NCBI RefSeq assembly: GCF_000181795.1
Contig: NW_003526945.1
Location: forward strand, 5,946,129 to 6,010,128
Length of the DNA stretch: 64,000 nucleotides
Source: Trichinella spiralis
Lineage: Eukaryota
Direction: 5' to 3'
Part shown: positions 14,321 through 28,789 of the stretch, in pieces
Numbering within the stretch: the first letter of the stretch is position 1
Layout: each line of letters starts with the position of its first letter
Program-made: the position numbers and the translations under genes
Notes under the pieces: generated by a model
Database searches by the model: none
Told to the model about the DNA's origin: nothing
The model's input: the letters and a program-made list of their open reading frames with translations, nothing else

Positions 14321-16092
14321 TTATAGCAATTGAAAGCGCTCGCATTGCAGATGTTCGGCCATTTGCGAATACAACGTTCCTGTATCTTTGCTGTAAAGTA
14401 CGGTTGCTGTTTGTTTTCCATAAGCTTGCAATTCATTGTATCCGAGATTAGAACCGAATGCAACGATCGTCAGCTGATCGACGGATGCATGTAAGTGATC
14501 AGATGTTAGTAAAACTGTATCCCAACTGTCTGCAGAGTTACCGTCTGTCATTAGAAGGAAAAGCTTTTTGCTTCCACGGCGTCCGTTGAGTTTTAATTGA
14601 TGAAGAGCGAGTTGAATCGCGTCAGCTGTGTGTGTAGTTCCACCGAGATGTTTCAAATTCTGCAACGAAGCAATTATGATTTCTTTGCTTTGGTGCTCAG
14701 AGAATGGCAGAATGACTGTAGCATGTCGACCATACTGAACGATGCTGCACAGGGTCGAATTGATGCCCACGTCTAATGAACGCACAAACTGTAATGCTTC
14801 TGCTTTGTATTGTTCAAATTGTTCTTCAACACTTTGGGAACTGTCCACGACAATAACTATGTCAGCTTGTTGGCTACAGTGTTCTATGGAAAAGTTTTAA
14901 ATTATGGTAATTTTAATTCAACCATGAAAAGGATGGAAAACTATGCTCAAGCAAGTGGAGCGCGTGGCAGTGGATGCGAAAGCGGCAAGCGGTCGGTGGT
15001 TTTGCATTATTATAATTTTTTTGCTCACTACACGATCAAACCTGTGGGTTGTTCTTCACATACACGTCCGGTTAGATCCATTAACAAACCGTATAAATGT
15101 TCGACATTCTGCTCTGTGTAGGCATTGGTACTGCTTCCTGCGTAAAGGTCGATCTCTGGCCAGTAGATTGAATCACCGAATGCTACAACGGCCACGGTAG
15201 CGCCGGAGCTTTGCAGAGCGTTGGCTGCGTTGACAACATCCGGCCATTTGTTGTTGGAATTGCCGTCTGTGATCAAAATGAATACTTTGCTCGCATCTGA
15301 ACGCGTCCCGCATCCAAATTGAGCCAAGCCCATCTGTACCGCTTCGGCTGTAGCGGTAATAGAACCGAGAAATTGTATTTGTTCGACAATTTCGTTCAGC
15401 TGTTCTGGACGTTGGTCAGCAGAAAATGGTAACAAAACATGCGCGTCTTTGCTATATTGCAAAATGGACATCAATGTTCGGTCATATCCGATCGGCAGCA
15501 GTTGGACAATATGTCTGGCGACCGCTTTGTAATTTTCAAATGTGCGCTCCACGCTTCCGGAACTGTCCAACACTAATACAAGATCCACTTTCGCATCTCG
15601 ACAGTTTTGTCCATTCTCTGAAATCTAATAATAATTTATACAGTGGTGTAAAGTTTGAATTTTGTTTTCATTGCCTTGGAATAATTCCAAATGTTGAATA
15701 TATGTGGATTAAAACTGTGGAATCTATTAAATATATTTAAGCGAAGAATCGTATTGATGAATCAATTTTCAAGTATATATTTTTGTGTAATTTAATAGTT
15801 TTGATATTTTTGAAAAATATTTACAAATATATTCAAGTTTTATTTATAAACAGTAAAGGAGTACTGTATTTATGTTTTGAAAGTACTCACCAAATGGAAA
15901 GTCGTCCGGTTCAAAGGCAGTGATCGTGTGCAGTTGGAGTATAAACATCTTAAAAAATTCACATCTTAATTAGTCACAACACAATGACAATTTAATTTCA
16001 AAAATTATACAAAACATAATTTAAAAAAATATTGCAAAAGTCATGCTTACGCTTACAAAGGCTAACAGTAGATTTCTTGAACTGTATTCCAT
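14321..16092 (-). CDS. Secreted protein with two tandem von Willebrand factor A domains
   Basis: ATG at 16092 just after TTTCAG. Hydrophobic N-terminus over two short exons (MEYSSRNLLLAFVS/MFILQLHTITA). vWA1 (DLVLVLDSSGS…ITDG) in exon ~15042-15617 and vWA2 (DIVIIVDSSQS…GGTT…MTDG) in exon ~14321-14884. No TM segment. Confidence 0.88.
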
Positions 16093-18342
16093 GTCTGAAA
16101 TGAAATGTTTCATTTGATATCCAATTTCGAAGAAGTTATTTTTGCTTATAACAGCAGCAGTCTCGAGTTGCAGATTGTTACAACACTACAACATCCAGTC
16201 AATTTTACTGAATTATATTATCAGATTAAATACACAAGATTGATTGAAAGTCAAAAATGATTAATTTGAAAAATAACATGTTTTTATTTTTCCAACTAAA
16301 AAAACAGTCACTATTGGACAACAATGTTTACTTGGTAGAAGTTAATCTTAAACAAACAAAAAATAAAAGTGTAGTGAAGTGTTGCAGTCATCTGTCAAAA
16401 TGGACATAAATTAGCCGTTGAAAAGTGGACAAAGGGCAAAAAATTGCTTACCAGTTTGAAAAACAATTTGAAATTTAGGGTAAATATGTTGAAGTTAATT
16501 TGAATGTTTTTTTTCTGTTTGAACAACAGTGAAAGCAGTGCAGATGAGAGGTATGATAATTTTCCAAAATGACAATGCTTCAAAAATAGAAGTAGAATAA
16601 AAGAACACCTGCCGTGGAGCGTTGGGTGTGATGGCAATGTGCGTTTCAAGGCTGAACATTTCTATTTAATCTGAGAAAATTGAATTCTTCGTTACAATAG
16701 ATATAATTGTTTTGTTGCCACTATTACTGATGTTTTAATGACGCCAGAAGTCGCGTAATATTAAATCACAATTTTGATCTTAATTTCTGACAGTCGAACA
16801 ATAGAAAATTGTTGAAGCACAATCTTTTTTCCAAGATTGCTTCTCTTATTTGAGGAAAATGAAAACTTGAAAGCGATGAAAAATAATTCCATCTCCACGG
16901 ATGAAACTGTACCTTTGACAAGAAAGCAGAAGCGTGCAGAATTTGAGAAAATCCCCAAGGCCGTGTGTCCAAGACTAGCCTGAACAACGTGTTCGTCGTT
17001 TGTGATTTATTGGACTCTTCACAGCAACTGCCCACTGCAGCCCCAGAACCTTCAAAAGCTACCGCTGGCGATTACACTTTTATTGTTCTCCTCGAAAAAG
17101 TGCAAAAAACTAGTACAATTGTTACGATAAAAAAAATTTGCGCAAATGAACCTGAATTTATTTATTCATTGCACAAATGTTGCAAACAGTGGAGTAATTT
17201 TGTGGGCGGATTTTATTTCTCTTTCCAACTTTTCCAATCTCTGCATCAGTGATAAACCTTTTACTTGAATCATAGATTTTACACTGAATACGTTGAAATA
17301 GATTATCAGTTGTTTACAATATTGTTTTCAGTAGTTTTGTAATGTTTACTGTAGGTACACGTCCACACGCTTTTGTGTTGCAAATTTAAAATTTTGAAAA
17401 GCGAAAGTAAATGGAGATATGCTTTATTTTTTTTATTAAATATCAGGGCATTGTTTTACAATTAATTGTAGAAAGTTAATGACTGTGAGCAGAAGCTGAT
17501 AACTTCAAAAGCACTCGTCAAATAAAGTAGAAATTATACAGAAATAATAAATTTTTATAAATGAAAAGTATTTATATTTAAAAGTTTCCGCATTTGTTGT
17601 TCTACAATTCAAATTCAATTCATTTACAACCGATTCAAACTTGATTATTCATTAATTAACGTATGATTTATGCATGGTAATTTTTATTTAAAACAAAAAA
17701 GCTAATGCGTACTGTAAGTAAATTAATTTGAAATTTACTTAAATAATACATCAAAAAAGCTTTACTATTTTTTAATATTTCAAAAAATCAATCGATTAAT
17801 TTATGATGAAGGAAGAGAAAAGCAAAAAATTCCGTTTGCTTACATCATCAACTGGGGAAAACTTGTGCACACGCTTGATGCGGAAATTTACAAAAATAAA
17901 CTTAATGAAACATATCCAACAGTGTAGTAGGGAAATTTCGAATGCGAAAAATTAATGCAAATGCCAAGTGCTCTTGAATTGAATCAGCAAATTATTCTTT
18001 ATGAAAATGGCATTTTCTTATCAAATTTGACAAATATTTGAAAACTGTGAATAAGGTCAAGTTGGACTATTTAAAAGTCGGTTAAAACGGTTCGACTAGT
18101 TCATGAAGAAAGAGCTAAGAAAAATTAAACTAGTTTAAATCTGCATCATCTTATCTGCAAAATTTCGTGATATTCTTCACCGATGCAGCTTAGCAATTGC
18201 GAAGTTTACTCAATCAACTTAGCATTGAAAAAATACTCTGTTTTACAATTTATCACATAATTATGCATAATAATAATAATAATAACTATTTTATTTCAGT
18301 AATCAAAATCAGCAAGCTGATCACAAACTACTTTTTTCACTA

Positions 18343-18408
18343 TTAACCCTACGATTACTAAAACACTTTTGCACACGACTTGTACCAAAAGGGGTCCGAC
18401 TGGACCCC
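18343..18408 (+). mobile_element. Probable piggyBac-type (TTAA) DNA transposon/MITE left terminus, solo remnant
   Basis: TTAA followed by CCCT at 18343-18350, and a perfect GC hairpin GGGGTCC-gact-GGACCCC at 18391-18408 in otherwise AT-rich DNA. No matching right end was seen. Confidence 0.4.
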
Positions 18409-21400
18409 AATATTTTATTTGCATTTTCACGTTAGCTGATATGTGTGAACCTATAAAAAAGTGGAAGCAGCTAGAATCAACCGAACAACAACAAAAAAAT
18501 TGAGAAAATTTTATAAATTGTTTTGACTTTGTATAAATGAACTGATTCATCTAAAGCAATTATGTTTTGAACATCGGATGTAATAGAGTGAATGTGGTAA
18601 AACATTTAAAATTATATAGAGACTGTTTTCATTTTTGTGGTAAAATTGTAAATTTGGAAAATTTTTATTAATAGAATAATTCAATTATTAATCATAGTGG
18701 AAATATGAAGCATCAAGTTTCAAAATGAGAAATGAGAATTTTAAAGCGTCAGCGTTAAACAATTTCAAATTAACGTTAACACAAATGATTAAAATCAGTT
18801 TAAAAAATTGATTACTTTTCAAAATACTATAGGCTTCTAAAAATAATATCTCCGAGCTTCTATTGACATTTTTAAAATCCATATTAATTGCTATTTATTT
18901 AATTGGAATGTCTGTCACTTTTTTACTTTTAATGATTTTATTTCTAATGCAAATAATTTTCATTAGACAACGGAAAAATCATTAAATAAACTGCTCTACC
19001 ATTGTCACATTGTAATAATGCAGGCAGCTTTAACGTAATTTGCTAAAAGATATGATAAATGAATGACACAAGCGGATGGTATTAATTCATGCTGAATAGA
19101 TCTGAATATTTGTCGCATGCTGCGAAAATGAAATTAACAAGAAAATTTTAGTTAATACGTCTAATAGAAAAACTGCATTGTGAAAATTTTTGAACATCGT
19201 TCATTTTTATTCATTCATTATGCATTTATTTATAAATTTTGAAATTTTGTTTGAAAACATGACGTTGGTGGTTAATTTTTCTTTATCATCAAATGCCTTT
19301 AATTCATAAACATAAATTATTTTTTTTGACTAACAAATCTGAATTTATAAACTGCTTCTTTGTCATTGAATTTAAGAAAACCAAGCAACTTTCAATATTA
19401 ATTTAACGTGGATAGCAACTGTACAAAACTATACGACGAATACAGTATGAAAGAGTGTACGCTTAATTTGTAAAGTTGAATTTGAATGAAATATATACTG
19501 TAAAATGTTTCACAGTACTCTTATTTCAATGTCAAAATTATGAAATTTATACATGACAACAAATTTTGTTTTTCAATTGTGAAATAATTTTACAGTATCC
19601 TGTTGAAAAATTTGTTTCAAATAGTGTAGTGTAAAATTTTTGAAATTTTACAGTACATTTCGTAACAGTCGTAAAAGCCACAGCTTTCAGCATAATCGTT
19701 TGAAATTTAAATATTTTTAATAAAATACAATTTAAAATTTCATAAAAAACTATTGAAATGCACTTTTGCTGATTCGAAAAAGATCACCGAATTTTCTTCA
19801 CTAATTGAAATGAAAATGAAATATTTTCGCGTTTGAAATTTAATTTATTTATCGTATAAATGTTGAATTTAAGCCTATTAATCAAAAGATCTGCTCTTAA
19901 CGTGTGCGAGTGAATTATAATTCGAACGGACTGTTTACGTATCGGCAGCTGGCAGTGAAGCAGATGTTCGACATGTAGCAATTTTTATCATTCATCTCTT
20001 GTGGTGATCATTAAATGAGTACAGTTATCTATCAAATAAAATCCACCAACTCATTCTTCCATGTATTTTCTGCCGTTTTTCTAATGGTAATTGAATATGT
20101 TTAATAAAATGTTAATGTTAATGCTAATGTTAAATTTATAAAAAGCAATTTTTTTTCAAATTTCAAGTGAATAAAAAGGTGTCAGAAATTTGAATTCCTT
20201 ATTTAAATAAAATTCAGACAAAACTAAACTGATTAGACAAAATAATCAACAAAGATTGTTTTGACTGGAGTTGAATGTTTTGTAAATCCAAAACCGGTTT
20301 TACTATATTTTCGCGCCCTTAAATAGTGCGCGTTATATCTCCCCATTATCAGTTATTAACAATTTCAGCTAAAGCAACGCCGCATTATCTGATAATTTTG
20401 CTTTTCCATTTTCTGCCAATTGTATCGGTCGACGTTGTTAATTACGTTGTCACAGTTATGATGAAGCATTTGATTCAAGACTAAGAATTTTTGGTAAATC
20501 GGTTTTTTTCCCCCATTTTAAAAATATACTAATGTTTCTGTCTTGTACGTGTGCAGTTCAATAATATGTAATGTTTTACTGCATGTTGAATTTTAATTTA
20601 TTGTAATTATAAATTTGATGCATAATAAATACCGAAAAATAAATAACAAGAAACATAAAATAATTTATTATTCACAAATTTTGCTTTTCATCATCATGCG
20701 ATGCAATCAGAAAGCATTGCAGACGTTTCACATAACAGGACAGTAAAAAATTGCCTATGAGAAATATAATTTTACATTGTGACTAAAATATTTAGCATTC
20801 AACTAGTAAAAGTAATTTGAAATAATAACTGCTACATCGAAAGTGTAAATCACCAATTACCTATGAATGTAACGTATCAAACGGCAGTTTATTCAAAAAA
20901 TAATTAACAATATGGACACGCGATTAAGTTTGTCAAAAATATTTTTTCCCCTTTTCTATCTGTAGCACAGTATAAATTTTTGTCCTATGCTCTGCTGCTT
21001 GGTCATGGACACGGATGCTTGTAGAGTTGCGGAAATCAGTTAAATAAGTGGGTGTATTTTGAAGTGCATCAAAAATTCACTGCCAATTGTTGCTGTGTAC
21101 GCTTTGCAAATTTTGCTTACAGTAAGGTCGTGTGAGAAGGTTCCAGGCTATTGTTGTTTTTCTGCTTAGCCGTTATTGAGTGACATCGGAAGAAGCAATT
21201 TCTGACAAGGTCAGATGCTTGGCCAAAATGAACAGATTATATTTACAAAGACTGACAGCTCTTGTATGGCATGTTTTTGCTATTTTAATTACTTTTCACA
21301 TTTTGAACTATAATTTTTTTTGTACTCTCTTCTGGGTTATCCAGAACTTTATCTTTTGTTAGCTGAAGGAAGAGAGTTGTTGGCACATCTTCCTCTTTAC

Positions 21401-24400
21401 GAATATTGTATTAGCTGTGTTTGTATTGATTTTGTCGGCTTGTCAACAGATCTGAAAAATTTTTCTCCATCCAATGAGTGGCCCAGTGAATGGAATATAT
21501 TGATGGACAATTGACCTGTATGAGACTTATTTGTACATGTTGACGTCAGTGTTGATGAGCTGCACGAAAAGATATTGTTCACTATGGGCTTTCATCCATC
21601 GTTGAATATGATGCCCTTAATTCAGTCTGTCGATTTAATTTAGCCACGGATCGATGGAAGCTTTTTGAAAGAACTGTGTTCTGTTTGATGATGACTTGCC
21701 TGCAATAAGAGATCTCAGCAACGAATACGGTTTTTTATTCAAATTCTTGACATTTTCTAAGAATTTTTTTTCTAACATCAACCAGAATAAAGTGCATTGA
21801 AACGATTTTCCATCCCGACGACAATATGCGACCTGTAATGATAACTGCATCAGGCACGTTCACCCGGCTTCATCTGCATTCTTTTGTCTATCAATATTCA
21901 AAGACCAGTTTTCACTAAGCTTCTAGTTTTGCTACACCATTTGACGTTTGGTAAGTTCACCGCTATGATTTCATACTTTCATAACTTTTACTTGATGATT
22001 TTCATTTAACCTGTTCGAAGTGGTAATGGTTCAATTGTTTATTTAAACAAAAATCGTCTACTCTGGTATTGGTTGTATTTTATTTTTTTTCTCTATTTTA
22101 CCATGAATTAAACGCATTTCTTCTATTCAAAAATTGCTTTCTCGAATGGGAAATTGTTTGTAGGTTTTGTTAAAATTTAAGAACATTTTCATAAATGTTA
22201 TTATTCAACGTAATCATGTCATTTGTTGTCACCTTGTGCAACAAGACAAGCGACCCACCGGGTAGTGGCAAATGATGATCAGTGGTCAGCCCAAGTTTGC
22301 CTGCCTGCCTGTCAATTTGCATGGTGTCTCATTTCTCAGTATCTTATTTCACGTCCTTTTGCACATATATCCGCTTTCTGGAAGTATCGTTCATAGGGCA
22401 ACTTTATCGATTAATGCTGCGTTTGTTGTCTGTGATTCAGGTTCAATTTTTATAATTCAATAAAGACTAAACAGCGCGATGAAATCATTTATAAGCGAAC
22501 AATTTTTATTTCACTGTTTACATGCTCACAAATAAAAATGCACGACTGTTTTGAGAAAGCGAGCAGCAGAGTTGCTTTATGTAACACTGGAGCAGCTATA
22601 TTTATTGTTTGGAGAGAAATTATTCGTTTTGCATGAATTTTCTTTTGATGACTTTTTAGAAACTGCTGAAAATTGAGGAGCAGTTTCAATTTCTAATCAC
22701 TCGACCAACTCGGCTAATCGGAATCATTTTGTTTGCAGAAAACGAAATGCCTGTAATTCGGAATCTGAAAATTGTTCAATAATGGCACTTGACCATGTTT
22801 ACGCTTGTTTTGCTTTTGCTTCTGCCTGTCCAGTGTATTGACAAGTGGGATTTCGATCTGTATTCTGGAGACGAAAGTTAATAATTAACCAACGCCAATT
22901 ATTTCACGGTAATTGGGTGCCAGCTGTTAATGTTAAAAGGTTAGCTGCAATTTCTATTACAAATGACGGTGGATATTTATGAAATCAAATGGTGACAACA
23001 AGCAAATAATGTCGACAGCCCCATTCGATAATAAATTCACACTGTTTAAGCAGAAGTATCTCTTTTCAATGGTAAGTTATGAATTTCTTTCCTTGTTTTC
23101 TAATGTAAATATTCAATGTATTGGAATTACATGAGGACACCGATCCGGTGATTTAGTAGGAGTAGAATTTTTATACTGTAACTATGTTTTCCAGTTTCTT
23201 GATTAGAAATTTTTGTAAAATTTGTCTCCATTTTGAACCTCAGAGTTGTTGTCGAAACAAAATATTCCCTTAGTGCACACATTATAATTTTACATTTTAC
23301 CCTTTATCACGGAAAATAATATTCATTAAAATCACATCAAATAAATGAATACGATGTTTTAATTACGGCAATATCAGTTCTGATCAATGAAATACTTCTC
23401 TCAAATAGATGGCAATTTATATTAATTGCATTCATACTAACCGCTAGATTTTTGTAGATAAAATTTATTTAATTATCACAAATTAAACAGTATATTAAAT
23501 TATATTATGCATGAGGAACTTTTAAATGAAAGAATGTCGGCATCTTGGTTGTTCAACTCTTCTACTTGTCTATATACTATACATTGTCAAATTTCTGATT
23601 GCTTGTTTGAAATAACATATCGAATGATTGAAATAAATGCACGTTGAATTATTTTATAGAGTTAAAAATAGCATTTTGTTATTTCATATTCCTTCTTAAA
23701 CGGCAAAAATGATCGATTTAATTTGTTTTTTTCATTTGAACAATTTCAACTTAAGGCCACATTGAATAAAATGTTCGTTTATCTGATTAATCTTATTCAA
23801 TTTGTTTTCAAATTTAAGTGAAATTGAGTAACTTAGTATAATTGTCAGTATTTTGTTGTTGCTTGCAGCTTCGAAAAATGGTGATTTTTTTAAAAAATAT
23901 TGTACATTGATCATTATATATGTTGGTGATTGATTTTTCATTTTTATACTTTGCAAACTTCGTAGATTTCCGAATGAAATAGTTAGCTAAAAATAAATCA
24001 CTTTTCCAAATCAGCATCATTTGTCAATTTTTCCTATTTAAGTTATTATGTTTGACTAGATGATCAACAATGGAAGCAGTTTTTGCCAACATTTTAACAA
24101 TTTAAGGTCGATATTTATTCTATTGCTTTGTAATGGTCTGTTTTTGCTCGAATCCAACAATACGTAACAAGTATAGGATGCAACGGGCACAATTTGACAA
24201 ATAAAGATCGAATTTAATATTTGCTGCTTTGAATTTTAATAATAACCTAATGGCAAGCTTCTTTTTTTTCTTCCATAGTACAAATTTCATTTTGGCTACT
24301 TTTGCTGCCAGCATCAACAATTACAGTATTGAATGATTCGTTCAACTTGTACAGTTTTTCAGTGTTGATTTCAATGTGAAATTAAAAATTTCCATTATTC

Positions 24401-26823
24401 AACAACAATCCAAATATTGATCATTCGATTTTCTTCATTTTTTCCATCAAATATCAATTGCAGTGAAATATAAATGCCAGCGGTGAATTTTGGTTTATTA
24501 AAAAGATGAACTTTCATGAGAAACTTGAAATGACTTACTGTATTTGCTTATAATTGATGAAAGGGAGGAAAAAAAGAGACTTGTTTCATTCAATTTTCTA
24601 ATATAAATGACACTTTTTCTAATATACTGTGTATTTGTAGAAATATTAAAACTGGTATTTTGTAAGTGGAAATTTACTCTTGAAAGAAAATTTTTCATAA
24701 ATAATTTTTCGAAAAAGAATCATGATTTAGCGACACTGTAACAGTGAAGGATAATTTTATATATATATATATATTTTGAAATTTCAGTTATCAGCATATT
24801 CTTAGGCAAAAACAGCACCAACATTGAAGATGTACTGTTTTGTCTATTGCTTGAGTTGGAAATCATTTTGCAAAGTCAATAATATTTGAAAGTGGTCACG
24901 TGCGTTATGCGTTTTCCAGGCTAGACCGGTGGTGTAAATAATTTTCCCTGGCTCGTTAACTTCCTTTGCTAATCGAATAAGCTGTCTCTGTCTGTCATCT
25001 GTGTCTCGAGCTAGGAGGAAAATAAAAGAGGAGACTGCTGATGGCAGCTGAGATCGGCTTGGTCGATTCAACAACTTGTGACATCCAGTGATCAAAACAA
25101 AAAAAACATACCCCTCTCCTCTCATATTTTTCACTTTCCATTTCATTACCACTACTATTTCAATCTATAACTTTTTCATTCCGTTAGCACATTAATGTTA
25201 TAAATTTTGCCTTCAGTTGATTGATTGTCAGTTTTCATTTCAAACATACTTATGCAAATGATGCCCATTGTAATAATTTTAGCTGGTGAGAAAGATGTTT
25301 GTTCGTGCTATTGGAATTGTTTGTATTTAACAGAAAAATGAATTTTAAAGTTTGTTGCTTTTGAAGCAAAACATTTCAAGCAGACGGCTTAAACTTGTCG
25401 GCTAACTAGCACAATCATTGCCAAGGCAACAGGCCTGTTTTAATAATATGCTTGATCATCGCAGAAAGCCGCCCTGGCAGTGCATGGGCCAGTTGTGAGC
25501 TGTAGCAAAGTCGGATTTACATTTTAATATGCAGCTTATAATTTTACTGCTCGATGATTTGATTTTCTAGCCTACCAAACGCTTTGCCCGTCTAGCCTGT
25601 GACCTAATTCTTTTTCGATAGTCTTTTATCTGATTGATTGTCTTATCATCCCAACGTGCATAAATGGAAAACTGTTTTGTTTGTCCCACAAGTGCAAACA
25701 GATTTACATGCTGCTAAATTTTGCTCATATTTTCTGAAAGCCATTTTGCTAGCTTGTATCAAAAAGTCTGCAGAAAAATGGAATTTTCATATTTTGTAAT
25801 TTTAAAAAAATGTATTTCAAGAAGTGTAAAGCAAATAATTTGCAAATGGTAAGTGAAAGAAATGTTCCATTTTTCTGATCGATCCATTTTCAAAAAGTTC
25901 ATATTTTCGCGATTTGTTTGTTCTTTATACCACAGTTATTAGCTGCTGTTACGTGATGATAGTGGATCGGATGAAATTTTGAAAATATCAATCTGTTGAT
26001 TCTATTTTCCTTTCACTAGCCTATTTATTATTTTATTTTTTTAAATATCATTTTCATTGATGAGATGCTGTTGCTTTTTTATTATTATTATTTCTAGCAA
26101 AAATGATTTAGAGTTTATATTTTCTACTGTAAAATATGAGTTGATTTGAAATAGATGAATAGATTATTCAGTAGAAAAATATTAAATGATTATTTTCACA
26201 CTGAAATGAAATGTCCAGTGAAAATAAAATGCCAGCGTATAAATGCATGAGCAAAGTGTGAATAATGTATTTATTTATTCGAAGAAATTAACAAGTGCTT
26301 GCGTGTCATTGAATCATTTACGCATGAAATGGGTCACTGTTAATCGAAACTGCACTTGAAATTGATAGTGTTTTTTCATTTTTATTGTGTTAAAGCTTTT
26401 CATTTGAAGCGAATTCTTATTCAACCATTCAAAATGTTCTCTTCAGCCACACACAAATTATTTTATAAATTTAATGTTGTAGATTTTTGATGAAGAAAGA
26501 AAATTGCCGCATGATGGATTTGATAAATTATTTCATGCTTGCAAGTGATTTTATATCCTGTAAGATTTGTATTCACATTTTAGAGAAGCATACTTTTTTT
26601 AAAAAAAAGTATATATATACTTTTTGCATTCATAATATTTAGATGATGAAATATTGTTATGATTGAACATGAAAACAACTTGAACGACCTTTCCACTGAA
26701 GGGAAAGATTTATCTTGAAATTCAAACCAGAACCCATTTACCCCTTTGGTCATTTGAAAATCGAATAATGAAGCAGGTTTCATTCTTCGAAGAGCTTTCT
26801 CTTCATTGTGTGCTGCACTACAT

Positions 26824-26847
26824 CACCACCACCACCACCACCACCAC
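26824..26847. repeat. (CAC)n microsatellite
   Basis: Direct reading: caccaccaccaccaccaccaccac. Confidence 0.9.
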
Positions 26848-28789
26848 TGGTGCGCATATGTCCATGAATGTCGTCTTGAAAGATTTGCTTGACATTTGTG
26901 CATAGTAGCTTCATAGCTATATATCCATCTATATATATATATATTATAATATTTTGCAATGGAAAATTTTCACTTCATAATTGTGAACAATTGTTGAAAT
27001 GCATATTTTAAGACCGAATGCCAACACAAACAACAATGGTCTGATTTTCACAAACAAGCGCCACTGTTGCGTCTTTTTCCTTTTGCAGCACAATGCTGTT
27101 GAAAAGGTAGGTAAATTTTTCTTCATCATATTTTCCAAATTGGACTTTGCTTTCAGATATTTTTCTACATATGCTTTCAAGGAAAGTTTCCTACCGAGTT
27201 CGAAGAGCAGATCGGTTTGTTTCAGAATCGTGAGTAATTTTGTATCTTTGCATGCAGTCTGTGTAACGTTGAACGTTACAGCTGTCGAAGGCGGCAAACA
27301 TTTATAAATACATATCCCAGTTGGCAGATTTCAATTTAGCTTCACTGTTAGTATGCATGTGTGTGCGCGTGAGCGATTATTTTTCCATTATTACTGCAAG
27401 CGTTATCGACTTTCTGCAAGTGGAATGTTTGAACTTGACTATTACGTCAATGGTCAAGCACAACAGGCTGAAATTGCTCTCTCTTTCTCTTTCTCATCTA
27501 TCCTAATTTTCTGTTTTAATGTTGAGAAGTAATAAATTGACACTAAATTTTATTATAATAAATCCAGTTTTGATGATGATGATGATTTCGATTAAGAACG
27601 AATGATTCAATTTGATTGACTTTTGTTTTTGTCGTTTGCTTTTGTTTCTTTCCAATCCAAATTGGTCTATATTTAATGAGTTGCATTTTTGGCTTTTCAG
27701 GTTCCCCCCGTGGCTTTATCGTCCAGTGGAATCGACCGATGCGGTCGAATGTTGTTTTAATTGTTTGCAGATTTGCTAACGGCACGTTTTATTCGTTGGG
27801 CATTTCAATGGCCATGCGGGCAGTCGGGCAGGCTATCACGCACGTATTGCGGGCTTGTCGGCTTCGATTGGCACTCGTCATCTTTGCAGAGCTTCTTTTG
27901 TGCCAGTGAAAGGAAAAATTCAACAGCGTCCAGCTTTGCTATTTTTGTTCCCTCTCCTCTTTTGCCAGCCAATAGTACAAGCCAATTTATAAAACGGACC
28001 AGTTTTTATTATCAAAAGATTTTTTGATGCAAACTGAACTTCTCAGCAGGGCGTGTAATCAATTTCAAAAATTTTCAACTCCCATTATCACACATTACAC
28101 AATGCACAATTTTGTGTTCTTTATTTGTGACAAATTTTGCCCCCTCCCCCCTCTCTCTCTCCTGTCTGTACACATCTCAGCTATTGTATGAACAACTTTT
28201 ATTTTATAATTTCTATCGTGGATTTTTCTTTGTTTCACATAATTTTGGCATTGTTCCATTTGTAACATTATCTCTTCAAGTTTTTTCATCGGTATTTTCA
28301 AGTTGAAATTAGCAGCAATTCAAAGCAACAAACAGACTGGCTTGTTGGTCGATTGGTCGTGTAAATTGTGCGGTTCGCTATTTATCCACTTATTTATATT
28401 CTTTTCCAATCACATTCGAACATCTTTTCCGCTTATCATGGACCAAATCTTATTATATCGGATGCCAGATGTTGCCAGCGTTCAAAGTTCAACGTTAAAT
28501 ATACCACCTTTGGACACGTGACCATTCAATTGTACACTCGATCTGTCTGACACAGTAACAACAGCTCATACATACGTGCGTGCATATATGTACAATGAAT
28601 ATTTATATTTTTTTTTCATATTCAGCTCGCGCTATTATTCAACGTGCTTCACGCGTTTCATGCTATTTTTTATACTGATTTTTCAAGTTGCTATATTCCA
28701 TCTATTTCAGAGTGGATTTTTCAAGTTGAAAAATCACTAGCAGCGTTAGAATTGCAAACGAACCGTCGAAATTGAATACTGAAAACAGA

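Noticed and set aside
21180..21950. Cluster of short ORFs with slightly higher complexity, considered as a decayed transposase or pseudogene
   Set aside because: No DDE, reverse transcriptase, integrase or other motif recognised in the frames read; cannot be supported without a search.
22781..22803. AATGGCAC… resembling the miR-228/miR-263 family 5' end
   Set aside because: No complementary arm nearby to form a precursor hairpin.
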